The notes below the pieces were generated by a model that was not told the DNA's origin, did no database searches, and was given only the letters and a program-made list of their open reading frames with translations. The translations under genes and the position numbers were made by a program. DNA of 64,000 bases from an uncultured virus (IMG/VR IMGVR_UViG_3300025154_000083) (lineage: Duplodnaviria; Heunggongvirae; Uroviricota; Caudoviricetes): IMG/VR virus record IMGVR_UViG_3300025154_000083, positions 1 through 64,000 of that record; one strand, 5' to 3'. Shown here piece after piece: positions 37,714 to 46,501 of the stretch. Position 1 is the stretch's first letter. The number at the start of each line of letters is the position of its first letter.

Positions 37714-38079
37714 CTAGGGCTTTTCTCCCACCGTTAATTGATCTTTGGCTTTCTTGATGATCTCCTTCATGCTGGAGACCATTCCCGCAAAGTCAGTATC
37801 CTTTAGCGTGGAGCGGCATGCGTAATCGCATGTGCATCCGGTGGCAATGAGGAGATACGAGCTCGTTGAAGTGCTTGATGATGCGTCGGATTTCTCCTTG
37901 TCTTTTTTCGGGTTGACCTGGTCTTCCACGCAGACAAGGTAGTTAATCGCGGATTGCAGATCTTTTGACTTTTCCAATCCCTCTTCGATATCTCCGACCT
38001 TTATGGCGCTGACCTGGGAAGCCATCAAAATCATGACGATAATGATCATCGTTGCCACTGTTGCCAATTTTGCATTCAT
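37714..38079 (-). CDS. Secreted hypothetical protein
   Basis: Signal-peptide-like MNAKLATVATMIIIVMILMASQVSA after RBS AAAGGA. Confidence 0.6.
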   Translation of the reverse strand: MNAKLATVATMIIIVMILMASQVSAIKVGDIEEGLEKSKDLQSAINYLVCVEDQVNPKKDKEKSDASSSTSTSSYLLIATGCTCDYACRSTLKDTDFAGMVSSMKEIIKKAKDQLTVGEKP

Positions 38080-38167
38080 GTACTTTTCCTTTCTCATTCA
38101 CTGAGCCCTTGTTTATTTGTCTACCCTATTTTCTTGCTGCGATGAGGTGCGTCGCGCTCCCGCCCTC

Positions 38168-38608
38168 CTACTCAGCAGCCACCTCCCTTCCAGGCATTGA
38201 CACAACCTTCCCCTCTTCACGGCCCTTCTTCTCAGCTTCTCTCGCTTCCTCCAGTCGCGCCTCTTCCTCCCGCAACTGATCCCGCATGTGCATTTGCTTC
38301 GGGTCAGCCGATTCGTACATCACGGGACATCCATTCTTGATACCCAGGTAGCCCTTGGTGGGGTACGATTTCAGCGGGGCCAACTTGGCGGACACGTCAT
38401 GAGTGATGTCCACGAGCTCGCGCTCTTCGTCGGATTTGAGGGAAACGGTGAGGGTGATCTTGCGAACCGTCGTGGCCTTGGTGTTGGGGTCCTGCATGTT
38501 CTTCAGGACCTGCTCGAGTACATGCTCGAAGCGTTCAGCCAGGGCGCCGCCGGCCAGGTTATCGAAGCTCATTGGGGTTGGTTGATTGGGTTGTCTGTTC
38601 TGCGACAT
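38168..38608 (-). CDS. Conserved phage early protein, often annotated replication-terminator-like
   Basis: LAGGALAERF...VLKNMQDPNT.ATTVRKITL motif, RBS AAGGAG. Confidence 0.75.
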   Translation of the reverse strand: MSQNRQPNQPTPMSFDNLAGGALAERFEHVLEQVLKNMQDPNTKATTVRKITLTVSLKSDEERELVDITHDVSAKLAPLKSYPTKGYLGIKNGCPVMYESADPKQMHMRDQLREEEARLEEAREAEKKGREEGKVVSMPGREVAAE

Positions 38609-38677
38609 TTTGTTTTGCTCCTTCTTTGCGGTGATTGGTTGAGAGATGTCAGTAATGTCACGCTCATCGTCTATCTT

Positions 38678-38713
38678 GTTTCAATCCACGCCCCCCCCTG
38701 AGTGGGGAGCGAC
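38678..38713 (-). CRISPR. Solitary type I-C-like CRISPR repeat (no array)
   Basis: Minus strand GTCGCTCCCCACTCAGGGGGGGGCGTGGATTGAAAC matches the I-C pattern GTCGC...GCGTGGATTGAAAC. Only one copy seen. Confidence 0.8.
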
Positions 38714-38729
38714 TCACTCAGGCATCACA

Positions 38730-40247
38730 TTAATGCCCTTCACCATCTTCGTTTTTCTTGTTCTTTTCACTCCTCCTATTTGACTCCCTGATAGCCTCCA
38801 CGACAACCCCGGCATCCGATAAGTCATCTCGGCAGAACTCCACATCGTTGCCCTCGAAGTCGAGGAGGTTGATCGAGCATTCCCCCTTCTCGGCATTGAT
38901 CTCAATGGAGTAGCCGTCGGCAAGGTTTTCTATTATGGCTCCGAGGAGATCGTGAAAGTCCATCCTGAGCTTGGAAGGTTTAGAAGCAATGAGTGAATAA
39001 TCTTCTACTTTCCATTCCTCTATTTGAGCATCGAAGGAATAAGTGCTTCCGTCATTTCGTGGACGGGGCGCTTCATATTTGTTTTTGGCTAACTCAGCAC
39101 TTTTTCTAGTAGCGTGAAGACTAATTACATCCCACTCGTCGCCATCTGATCCACTACCAGTCGTGAGAATGAAAACGATTTTATCGTTTTCGGAAGAGAG
39201 GATCTTTTCTTTCAAGGCATCCCGTTCTTTCTTTAACGCATTCCGCTCTTTCTCAACCTCACGGTAATTCCTTCCAAGATCTTCGTGATTCATGTGCATT
39301 CTGGCAAGGCTTTCGCTGAGCCTCATCACCTGCGCTTCCTGGGACGTAGAGGGGATGGAGGGGGTGGATGGGATAGAGAAGGATGGATAATACTCATGTG
39401 TCGGCCTCATCCCCTTCTCGGCCAGCTTCTCCTCGAGAACGAGTAGTAGCTTTCGGCTCAGAATCGAAACCACCTTATTCTTTTTGGAGAGCTTCCTTGT
39501 TTTCCATGCAATCTCACCCTCCTGCCATGCAATCTCTTTATCCTTCCTGGCCAACTCTTCCTTGCACTCATCGAGCTCCACTTCTCGCTCGGTCAGTTTG
39601 TCTTTGACCTCCGACTTTTCCCTGCACAACAGATTGTATTCCTCTTCCACAATAGCGTTTCTGATTATGAGGCTATTGCTTTCCTTTGTGAGCCCTACAA
39701 CCTCGTCTTTTTCTTTACCAAGCGCAACGCTGAGCTGCATGATCTGATCTGATTTCGCAGTATTCTCCGCAATGATTCCAGCGGGATCACAGTTCGTTTC
39801 AAGATCGTGGATATACCTTCGAAGAGGAGGGGGCAGGGCGTTGATGTTTTCCGAAGTGGGGTGCCAGCCTTCCTTGTGAAGCCAAGCGTGGTCAACTCGG
39901 GCGCCATCCTCATTTATTGACCTCCTATCATCAACCACCCACCACTTAATGACCTTGTACTGCTCCGGATCAAGCGGAAGCCTTGCGCCACTCATAAGAT
40001 CGGCCGACACATTCCCGTCACCGTCCACCCAGGCGTCATATTCGCATCCTTCGGTGACGTGTGCCGTGCTGCCCGGCGTGGAAGATGATACGTTGCATTT
40101 TACCTGGATTGCTCTTGGCACCAAATCTCCGAAGGGGTAGGCGGATGAGCGGTAGTATATTGCCGGGGAAGGGGTGGCGAGGTGTGGTGGTGAAGGTTTG
40201 GGCTTAAAAGATGGTGATGGTGATGGTGTAGTATTTGTTTTGCTCAT
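38730..40247 (-). CDS. Mosaic coiled-coil hypothetical protein
   Basis: 505 aa, RBS AAAGGAG, several short modules separated by coiled coils. Confidence 0.75.
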   Translation of the reverse strand: MSKTNTTPSPSPSFKPKPSPPHLATPSPAIYYRSSAYPFGDLVPRAIQVKCNVSSSTPGSTAHVTEGCEYDAWVDGDGNVSADLMSGARLPLDPEQYKVIKWWVVDDRRSINEDGARVDHAWLHKEGWHPTSENINALPPPLRRYIHDLETNCDPAGIIAENTAKSDQIMQLSVALGKEKDEVVGLTKESNSLIIRNAIVEEEYNLLCREKSEVKDKLTEREVELDECKEELARKDKEIAWQEGEIAWKTRKLSKKNKVVSILSRKLLLVLEEKLAEKGMRPTHEYYPSFSIPSTPSIPSTSQEAQVMRLSESLARMHMNHEDLGRNYREVEKERNALKKERDALKEKILSSENDKIVFILTTGSGSDGDEWDVISLHATRKSAELAKNKYEAPRPRNDGSTYSFDAQIEEWKVEDYSLIASKPSKLRMDFHDLLGAIIENLADGYSIEINAEKGECSINLLDFEGNDVEFCRDDLSDAGVVVEAIRESNRRSEKNKKNEDGEGH

Positions 40248-40301
40248 GGCTTTGATTCTCTCCTTTCAAGGCTATTCCTGACCGGGCTGTCCAGCTCTCC
40301 A

Positions 40302-40706
40302 TTATTGCTTTCTTGCCTTCTTCCCCTCAATCTCCCGCACCACCTCATCAACCCTACCTTCCCGGCACTCCGGAATCCCCTTCCTGGCCCACGAAGCAAT
40401 CCCGCGCTCGGTGTATCCGAACTTCTTGGCAACTCTGGCCCATGTGCCGTAGTGCTCGTAGATTTTGCGGAGGCGCGGGTCTATTTTGGCGAGCGTTTCC
40501 TCATGGGCTCTGAGTGGCTTGGAGGGGATGATGGTGGACTGGGAAGGGTGGAGGGGCGGCGATGGGGGCGGCGATGGGGGCGGCGATGGGGGCGGCGATG
40601 GGGGCGATGATGCTTGGCCTGCTTGATGGGACGTATTCTGGCCGTCCAGGCTGTCTTGATCTTTCATTCGTATATGCTCCTTCCATTCGAGGTTATCATC
40701 CTTCAC
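40302..40706 (-). CDS. HTH-like DNA-binding protein with (PPSP)n linker
   Basis: TWARVAKKFGYTERGIASW helix-turn-helix pattern. 12-bp tandem repeats at about 40553-40608. Confidence 0.6.
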   Translation of the reverse strand: MKDDNLEWKEHIRMKDQDSLDGQNTSHQAGQASSPPSPPPSPPPSPPPSPPLHPSQSTIIPSKPLRAHEETLAKIDPRLRKIYEHYGTWARVAKKFGYTERGIASWARKGIPECREGRVDEVVREIEGKKARKQ

Positions 40707-40732
40707 CTTTCATTTTCACAAATTCCACCACA

Positions 40733-40824
40733 ATCCTACCAAAAAAAATCCAGAATGCAAGATGTTTTTCACTAAAATATTCCGCAAATAGTGCTTGACT
40801 TACATGTTTTTCTCGTGAGATATT
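40733..40824. promoter_or_regulatory. Divergent sigma70-like promoters
   Basis: Leftward TTGCAT(40760-40755)-16-TAGGAT with TG extension. Rightward TTGACT(40795)-18-GATATT with TG extension. Confidence 0.6.
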
Positions 40825-40855
40825 GGCGTTGATGGAATACTTGTGGAAGATTGAT

Positions 40856-41157
40856 GTGGCGGTGGCGGAATGTGTTGACGATGATAAGGTCGTCAACCGG
40901 TAGACGCTAGATTAGCCCTGAAAAGAGAGATGCCGTATTGATGCAGAGACATCATAGTCTTATAAAGCACTCTCCTTCGAGGAGCCGGGACAGTGGGGAA
41001 ATACTTGGTGAAGAAATGCTGTTACGTGTTGTTTGATAATGCAGCTCGATACGGCTTTCTTCGAGGATTGGCAATCTGATAGACCAGACAGATGCGGCAG
41101 CCATTTGGGCGACCCGAGGCTCCACGTGCAGGTTCGAATCCTGTCCGCCACACTCCA
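40856..41157 (+). ncRNA. tRNA-like RNA with expanded D-loop and anticodon region
   Basis: Acceptor GTGGCGG/CCGCCAC-A, D-arm GCGGAAT..GGTAGACGC, T-arm GCAGG-TTCGAAT-CCTGT, and a long base-paired insert with no normal anticodon loop. Confidence 0.7.
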
Positions 41158-41210
41158 AGTCCATGAAACATTATTTACCATTTATTCCTTGAAAGGAGGA
41201 GCGAAAGACT

Positions 41211-41936
41211 ATGGCGGATATCGATGGTATGGACAGCAAGGACAGCACGGACAAGGCATGCAACACCGGCAAGACGTTGAGCATGAATACGTTTGGAGGG
41301 GGTCGGATCATAAGAGCGCGCAAGCCCTTTCTCACCTCAATCGCGGCACAACTCACCATGAGCCAGGCGGTGCAGCGCGGGATGACGGTCGAGGAGATCC
41401 AGGGCTATCTCGAAGGGGCGTTCTCCACCCTTCTCGGAATGAGGAAGAGGGAGATGGAAGAACTTTCCGTGAGCAGAAGAGATGGTGGCGGGATCTCTCT
41501 TTTCTTTCCCGGCTTCCATCCATCCTTCAAGGACAAGCTCGGAAAAGAAGGCCTTGAAGGGGAAGATTTTGACGCCTCTCTCTCCACTCCCAACTCTGCT
41601 TTCCCCGCCATCTCCCCAACTATCTCCCCTGCCGACTCCATCCAGGAAGACAAGGTAATCTGCCTGGAATGCGGGAAAGAGTTCAAGCAGCTCACGCAGA
41701 AGCACCTCTTTCTTCACGGCCTCTCTCCCAAAGAGTACAAGCAGAAGCACGGGATGAGGCTGAAAACTTCCCTCATGGCCAAGTCGTTGTCCGCGGCGAG
41801 GTCCGAGGCTGCGAAAGCGAGGGGTGTGCCTGAGAATCTGAAGGCGTTTCAGGAGGAGAGAAGACGGAAGAAGGTGGTGGAGGGTGGGAAGGTGCCGATG
41901 GATGGGGAGGCGATGGGCGGCGATGATGGCAAGTAA
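41211..41936 (+). CDS. mucR: Ros/MucR-family transcriptional regulator
   Basis: SIQEDKVICLECGKEFKQLTQKHL..HGLSPKEYKQKHG prokaryotic zinc finger, RBS AAAGGAGG. Confidence 0.85.
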   Translation: MADIDGMDSKDSTDKACNTGKTLSMNTFGGGRIIRARKPFLTSIAAQLTMSQAVQRGMTVEEIQGYLEGAFSTLLGMRKREMEELSVSRRDGGGISLFFPGFHPSFKDKLGKEGLEGEDFDASLSTPNSAFPAISPTISPADSIQEDKVICLECGKEFKQLTQKHLFLHGLSPKEYKQKHGMRLKTSLMAKSLSAARSEAAKARGVPENLKAFQEERRRKKVVEGGKVPMDGEAMGGDDGK

Positions 41937-41979
41937 CGAGAAGAGCAAGTAACGAGAAGAACAAGGAAGGGGTAGAATC

Positions 41980-42264
41980 GTGAATCGACCGACTCACCAA
42001 GCAGCACTTGATACCAAAGAAAAGATATTCTATGACTCGCCAACCTTGGTTAGAAGAGAACATGGATCATTGTTGCGTAGCTCCGTTATGAGCATATTCA
42101 ATATGTTTCATGGGTCGGTGCGCCCCGAGCAGCGGAGTTGGTTTAGTAATCGGGGAGTATCCCGCGCCGACGCCAACCGTGGCAGACAAGCCAACGCCAT
42201 CACGAAGCGCCGTCGCCTTCGAGACATCGGTCGTGAGTCCCGGCGGCGGAACCGATCGGCATGA
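41980..42264 (+). CDS. Basic hypothetical protein
   Basis: 94 aa, GTG start after a purine-rich RBS. Confidence 0.45.
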   Translation: MNRPTHQAALDTKEKIFYDSPTLVRREHGSLLRSSVMSIFNMFHGSVRPEQRSWFSNRGVSRADANRGRQANAITKRRRLRDIGRESRRRNRSA

Positions 42265-42448
42265 CGCAGCAATCCAATCAGCGGCTCCGAGAGCACCACT
42301 CCGCAAGAGCGACCGGCGCATAGGTCTGAAGGGTGTCGTGTACCGCGCCGAATGCTGGAGCCGCTTTAATCATTTCTCTTCTTTCTCTTTATCCGGCAGG
42401 GAGGGATGTCTAGTAGAGATGGATATCTAGTAGGAAGGGATACAAACC

Positions 42449-42595
42449 ATGCAATCACTTCTCGATCTTCAAGGATGGCAACTCTTTTGGACCTGTGCGG
42501 CGGTCGGCATAATCTGCGGCGGGGCAATGGCGGGGCTTATGGCTCTTGTGAATTGGGGATGGGAGGCTTTGGGTGGAGAGGAGGGACGTGGATAA
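42449..42595 (+). CDS. Small membrane protein, 48 aa
   Basis: MQSLLDLQGWQLFWTCAAVGIICGGAMAGLMALVNWGW..., RBS AAGGGA. Confidence 0.5.
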   Translation: MQSLLDLQGWQLFWTCAAVGIICGGAMAGLMALVNWGWEALGGEEGRG

Positions 42596-42692
42596 ATGGG
42601 GAATGGCGGAGGGAACGAGGATGAGGACGTCCAAGGATGTTGTTGACGAAACCAAGGTAGCCGATGACAGGTCAACCACCGAAGTGTTTTTC

Positions 42693-42721
42693 TTGCATTC
42701 ATACTTGATTTGAGGCATACT
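42693..42721 (+). promoter_or_regulatory. Sigma70-like promoter
   Basis: TTGCAT-17-CATACT. Confidence 0.6.
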
Positions 42722-42784
42722 CTCCAAACCAAACAACAACCGGGAGCCTCCGTAATGGCTATTTTTGTTTCAAGACATTCAGTT

Positions 42785-42855
42785 AGCGTCAGGGAACCGC
42801 ATATCGTAAGGTATGCGGGGGCCGTTGTTGGTCCGGTACCCCCTGGCGCTTTTTT
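42785..42855 (+). ncRNA. Three-stem RNA resembling C4/CI antisense RNA or an attenuator
   Basis: Closing stem AGCGTCAGGG/CCCTGGCGCT plus T-run, hairpin CCGCATATC-GTAA-GGTATGCGG, and hairpin GGGCC-GTTGTT-GGTCC. Confidence 0.55.
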
Positions 42856-42868
42856 ATTGGGGGATACC

Positions 42869-43390
42869 ATGCCTCAGCACGTCAAGGAAGGTCCGTCGAA
42901 ATATTGTGAGCAATGCGGAAAGAAAATGGAGAGAAAGTATTACAATGGAAGGCGTGAAGATTTCACGCGATTCATGGCAAGACGATTTTGTGACCTGACA
43001 TGCTCTGGATTATCCATAAGAGGCATAAGGGTTTTGAATGAACAAACAAGCCGAGCACGATCTGCAAAATTTGCCAAAACAGAATGTGAACAATGCGGCG
43101 GGAATGAGTACCTCCAAGTCCACCACAAAGACCACGATCCACTAAACAACGACATCAGAAATTTGATTACCCTTTGCATGTCATGTCACGTAAAGGCTCA
43201 TCATGCAGAATGGCTATCCAAGAACGCAAACAGGACTTGTGAGTATTGCGATTCTCCAGTCAAGGGTCTTGGCTTGTGCATGAAGCACTATCAAAGAGTC
43301 AAAAAGCACGGTGATCCATTTCTTGTAGTAAAGCGATTACCGGGAGATGCACCTGGAGCCAAGGGACACCTGGTTCGGGTTGCTGACTGA
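42869..43390 (+). CDS. HNH endonuclease with zinc-finger modules
   Basis: CEQCG..LQVHHKDHDPLNNDIRNLITLCMSCH and GLCMKHYQR. Start MPQH after GGGGGA. Confidence 0.85.
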   Translation: MPQHVKEGPSKYCEQCGKKMERKYYNGRREDFTRFMARRFCDLTCSGLSIRGIRVLNEQTSRARSAKFAKTECEQCGGNEYLQVHHKDHDPLNNDIRNLITLCMSCHVKAHHAEWLSKNANRTCEYCDSPVKGLGLCMKHYQRVKKHGDPFLVVKRLPGDAPGAKGHLVRVAD

Positions 43391-43393
43391 TAG

Positions 43394-43573
43394 AACATAG
43401 GACAAGTCTCCACTTTCCCGCTCAGCCCCAAAGAAGCGTGGCAAGGTAGCCGAGTCGGACTCTTGAGGCTTGCGGGAAATGCGATCAACCCCAGGACGGC
43501 AGCGGTGTTTATCGAGGAATTCATGGCGGCAATCATGGAATTGAGGGAGGGGAAAAGGGAAGGGGATAAATGA
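43394..43573 (+). pseudogene. C-terminal remnant of a C5-cytosine DNA methyltransferase
   Basis: STFPL...SRVGLLRLAGNAINPRTAAVFIEEF resembles motifs IX-X. It has no start codon and follows TGA TAG in the HNH frame. Confidence 0.55.
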
Positions 43574-43740
43574 TTTCATTGTCAAGTATCAGCATTTTTC
43601 TTCTTGGCCTGTTTGTCGGAGTGTTTGTCGGCATGTTCGCCATGGGGCTTTGCCAAGCCGCGGCGAGAGCTTCAAGGGCGGAAGGGCGCGTTGAGCCCAG
43701 CCATGCACCCAACCCGGCGCCTCGAGTAGTGAAGCGATAA
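43570..43740 (+). CDS. Small membrane protein (DUF3789-like)
   Basis: MISLSSISIFLLGLFVGVFVGMFAMGLCQAA... Confidence 0.6.
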   Translation: MISLSSISIFLLGLFVGVFVGMFAMGLCQAAARASRAEGRVEPSHAPNPAPRVVKR

Positions 43741-43807
43741 AGCGATGAGCCACGAAACATAAATCACCAAGACACCAAGACACCAAGAAAGGAGAACCTT
43801 CCCAGCC

Positions 43808-44527
43808 ATGTCATACCAGCCACGCCATAGAAACCCCATGGTAGCACTCCACGGCCCGGGTCCCGACGGAACACTATGCCGGCACTGCAACCACGTAGAT
43901 TCCGACCTTCATGGAAAGGATGGCGGCAAGTTCAACAGGTTCTTCTGTAAGATAGCTTCCGGATCAGAATCCGAATCCCCAACCTCCAATGGCTACATCG
44001 ATGCCATCCACGAAATAGCCAGGCAAAACCCGAAATTCTACCTTGCCAACTACCAGAAATACAATCACCGCATCACCTGGCCGTCCTGCTCGCTCTTTTC
44101 GGGACAGGCCACGATCACGTATCTCTGCAAGGGAACCTGCGGGAAAGAGTACACCATCGCCAGGACCGGGAGCGACAGCAGAAGGTTTACCGGGTACTGC
44201 CAGAGCTGCGCCGAAATCTCACACCGGGAGAAACGGGAGCTTGCACGGGAGATGGCGGAGAAGATGTTGCCTCGGTATGAGAGGAAGGAGGTTCGGAGGA
44301 AGGGTGGCGGTGGGAAGGAAGTGGGCGAGAAGGAAGAAGGGGATGTGAAGGTGTGCTTTCCGATCAAAGCAAAGGAGGGGACGAAGCGGCATAAGTGCCT
44401 GGGAAACAGCATCGCGGAAGAGTGTCATTCGTATAGTGCATGCATAAATTATGCTTGTAAAATGGGGTGGAGCGGGTTTCGGGATTGTGGCGAAGAAGGG
44501 AAAAGAGGTAATATAAAAGAAGGGTAA
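43808..44527 (+). CDS. Cys-rich hypothetical protein
   Basis: 239 aa, RBS AAAGGAG, several CxxC-type motifs. Confidence 0.7.
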   Translation: MSYQPRHRNPMVALHGPGPDGTLCRHCNHVDSDLHGKDGGKFNRFFCKIASGSESESPTSNGYIDAIHEIARQNPKFYLANYQKYNHRITWPSCSLFSGQATITYLCKGTCGKEYTIARTGSDSRRFTGYCQSCAEISHREKRELAREMAEKMLPRYERKEVRRKGGGGKEVGEKEEGDVKVCFPIKAKEGTKRHKCLGNSIAEECHSYSACINYACKMGWSGFRDCGEEGKRGNIKEG

Positions 44528-44533
44528 AACAAC

Positions 44534-45019
44534 ATGATAACAAAATCAGCCATATTCTCGAAATGCCGCACGTATCGCTATTCCCTTTCCAGGGTTTGGA
44601 ATACCAGTCTTCCTGGCATGCTTTGGATCGGTCTTAATCCATCCACTGCAACCGAGACCGAGGACGACCCCACCATAAGGCGATGCATGCGGTTTGCCGC
44701 ATCCTGGGGATATGGCGGAATAGTCATGTGCAATCTGTTTGCGGTTCGAGCTACCGACCCCAAGGTCATGTTAGCTCATCCCATCCCTGTCGGCCCCGAA
44801 AATGATACATGGGTTGATGCTTATTCCAGAGAGGTTGCGTTGATTGTGGCTGCGTGGGGCACTCACGGAAGACATATGCATAGGGACATGGAAGTAATGG
44901 AATTATTGAGGCGTGAGAGCGAACAAGGAAAGATCAAATGTTTGAAGCTCACGAAAGACGGAGCACCATGGCACCCATTGTATGTTAAGGGAGACGCCAA
45001 GCTTTTGAAATATCCTTGA
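44534..45019 (+). CDS. DUF1643 family protein
   Basis: YRYSLSRVW, IGLNPSTA, DDPTIRRC, NLFAVRATDP, AAWG and HPLY motifs. Confidence 0.9.
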   Translation: MITKSAIFSKCRTYRYSLSRVWNTSLPGMLWIGLNPSTATETEDDPTIRRCMRFAASWGYGGIVMCNLFAVRATDPKVMLAHPIPVGPENDTWVDAYSREVALIVAAWGTHGRHMHRDMEVMELLRRESEQGKIKCLKLTKDGAPWHPLYVKGDAKLLKYP

Positions 45020-45040
45020 AGGAAAATGGGGGGCACGATC

Positions 45041-45178
45041 ATGCCGACAAAAAAGCATCGCCTCAAAATGGCGTGGACATGTAGCGACTTCAAGCATCAT
45101 GAGCATCGATGGAAGTGGACCGCTCGAGTGTGTGGATGGTTGCAGAGGATTAGGGTGGAGGTGAGGGGAGGAAAATAA
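45041..45178 (+). CDS. Small hypothetical protein, 45 aa
   Basis: MPTKKHRLKMAWTCSDFKHHEHRWKWTARVCGW...; fills the gap between neighbours exactly. Confidence 0.5.
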   Translation: MPTKKHRLKMAWTCSDFKHHEHRWKWTARVCGWLQRIRVEVRGGK

Positions 45179-45181
45179 ATC

Positions 45182-45910
45182 ATGAGGCCTTTAATTTACA
45201 CGCCATCCGGCCGGGCCGGTGAGTATGCCGACCATGGATATGCAGCTAATCTCTACAAGGGCTGCACTCATGGCTGTCTCTACTGCTACGCTCCATTTTA
45301 CGTGAGTCGGAAAGAGTTCCATTCGAAAGTGACCCCGGCCCCCGATGTCCTTGAACGATTGAAGCGGGACATGACGCGAGTCGGCCAGCTTTCCGAACCC
45401 GTGTTCTTGTGCTTCTCGTGCGACCCCTACTGTATCGGCACGGAGCACTGGAGGACAAGGGACGCAATCAAAATCATCACAGACCATGGAAACTCTGTCA
45501 ACATTCTGACCAAGGGAGGAATGGAAGCATGCCGCGATTTTGATCTTTTGTCGGCATCCAACTCTCAGATTGGAGCTACCCTCACGTTTTACAGTAGCGC
45601 CTTGTCGCTGAAATGGGAGCCCAATGCCGCGCTTCCGATGAATCGCATCGAAATGCTTTACCGAGCTCAATCCAGAAACATCCGGACGTGGGCCAGTATC
45701 GAGCCAGTCATTGTGCCGAGCGAGTCGCTGATGATTATGGAGGCCGCCATGCTCTACGTGGATACGTTCAAAATCGGAAAATGGAACCACGACAAACGGG
45801 CGGCCGCCATTGATTGGGGGAAGTTTCTTGAAGATGCCGTGGCCTTATGCGAGCAACACGGAAAAGCTTATGTCATCAAACAGGATCTGTTGAAATACAA
45901 GAAACCTTGA
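45182..45910 (+). CDS. Radical SAM protein (spore-photoproduct-lyase-like family)
   Basis: NLYKGCTHGCLYCYA (CxxxCxxC), SCDPY, ILTK, WEPNA and SIEPVI motifs. Confidence 0.9.
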   Translation: MRPLIYTPSGRAGEYADHGYAANLYKGCTHGCLYCYAPFYVSRKEFHSKVTPAPDVLERLKRDMTRVGQLSEPVFLCFSCDPYCIGTEHWRTRDAIKIITDHGNSVNILTKGGMEACRDFDLLSASNSQIGATLTFYSSALSLKWEPNAALPMNRIEMLYRAQSRNIRTWASIEPVIVPSESLMIMEAAMLYVDTFKIGKWNHDKRAAAIDWGKFLEDAVALCEQHGKAYVIKQDLLKYKKP

Positions 45911-45926
45911 AAGGAGAAAGGCATCC

Positions 45927-46355
45927 ATGACTGATTACGGCAACACCAAAGACAGCCCTTCCCCTTCAAGGCAATCCACGTCATCTCTTGCCTCACATTC
46001 CAACTCCAACCCTCTCCCCAACTCAAACCCTCCCCTCAATCTCTACTCCAACCCCCTCCCACGCCACGTAGACCTCTACCTCGACTTCGAAGAGGAAAAG
46101 AATCCGGACGGCACACTCATCGCTCCAGCTCGGGCGCGCTGCCGGCTTCGCTTGAAGGACTGGAGATTTGTGGATAGGCGGAAAAGGAACAGCAGTGGAA
46201 CGGGGAGTGTGTGCATTCTCGATGAGGGCGATGAGTTCGTTATCGACCGGGGTGTGCTCGGTGAAGGAAATGACGGGGCGATCAGGATGCATGCGCTGAT
46301 CCATGCCGAGGGGGAGAAGTACAAGAGAGAGTTGGTGGAGTGGGGAGTGGTTTGA
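45927..46355 (+). CDS. Hypothetical protein
   Basis: 142 aa with RBS AAAGGAG. Confidence 0.65.
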   Translation: MTDYGNTKDSPSPSRQSTSSLASHSNSNPLPNSNPPLNLYSNPLPRHVDLYLDFEEEKNPDGTLIAPARARCRLRLKDWRFVDRRKRNSSGTGSVCILDEGDEFVIDRGVLGEGNDGAIRMHALIHAEGEKYKRELVEWGVV

Positions 46356-46381
46356 CGGTTAAGAAGGAAGAATTTGATGCG

Positions 46382-46444
46382 GCCTTGAAGGGATGGGAGG
46401 GCTTGCGTTGGTGGCGTAAAAAAGCAAGCCCTTCCCTTCAAGGC
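46382..46444. terminator. Long inverted repeat between convergent operons
   Basis: GCCTTGAAGGGA(TGGG)AGGGCTTGC ... GCAAGCCCTTCCCTTCAAGGC. Confidence 0.6.
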
Positions 46445-46501
46445 ATTCCACGGATCATTGTAGCACTCTCAAGTTGCCAGCTTCGGCTCCACCACACAGG
46501 G

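Noticed and set aside
40856..41157. Canonical tRNA-Leu or tmRNA
   Set aside because: No 7-nt anticodon loop, no alanyl G3-U70 acceptor or tag ORF recognised; kept only as a tRNA-like RNA.
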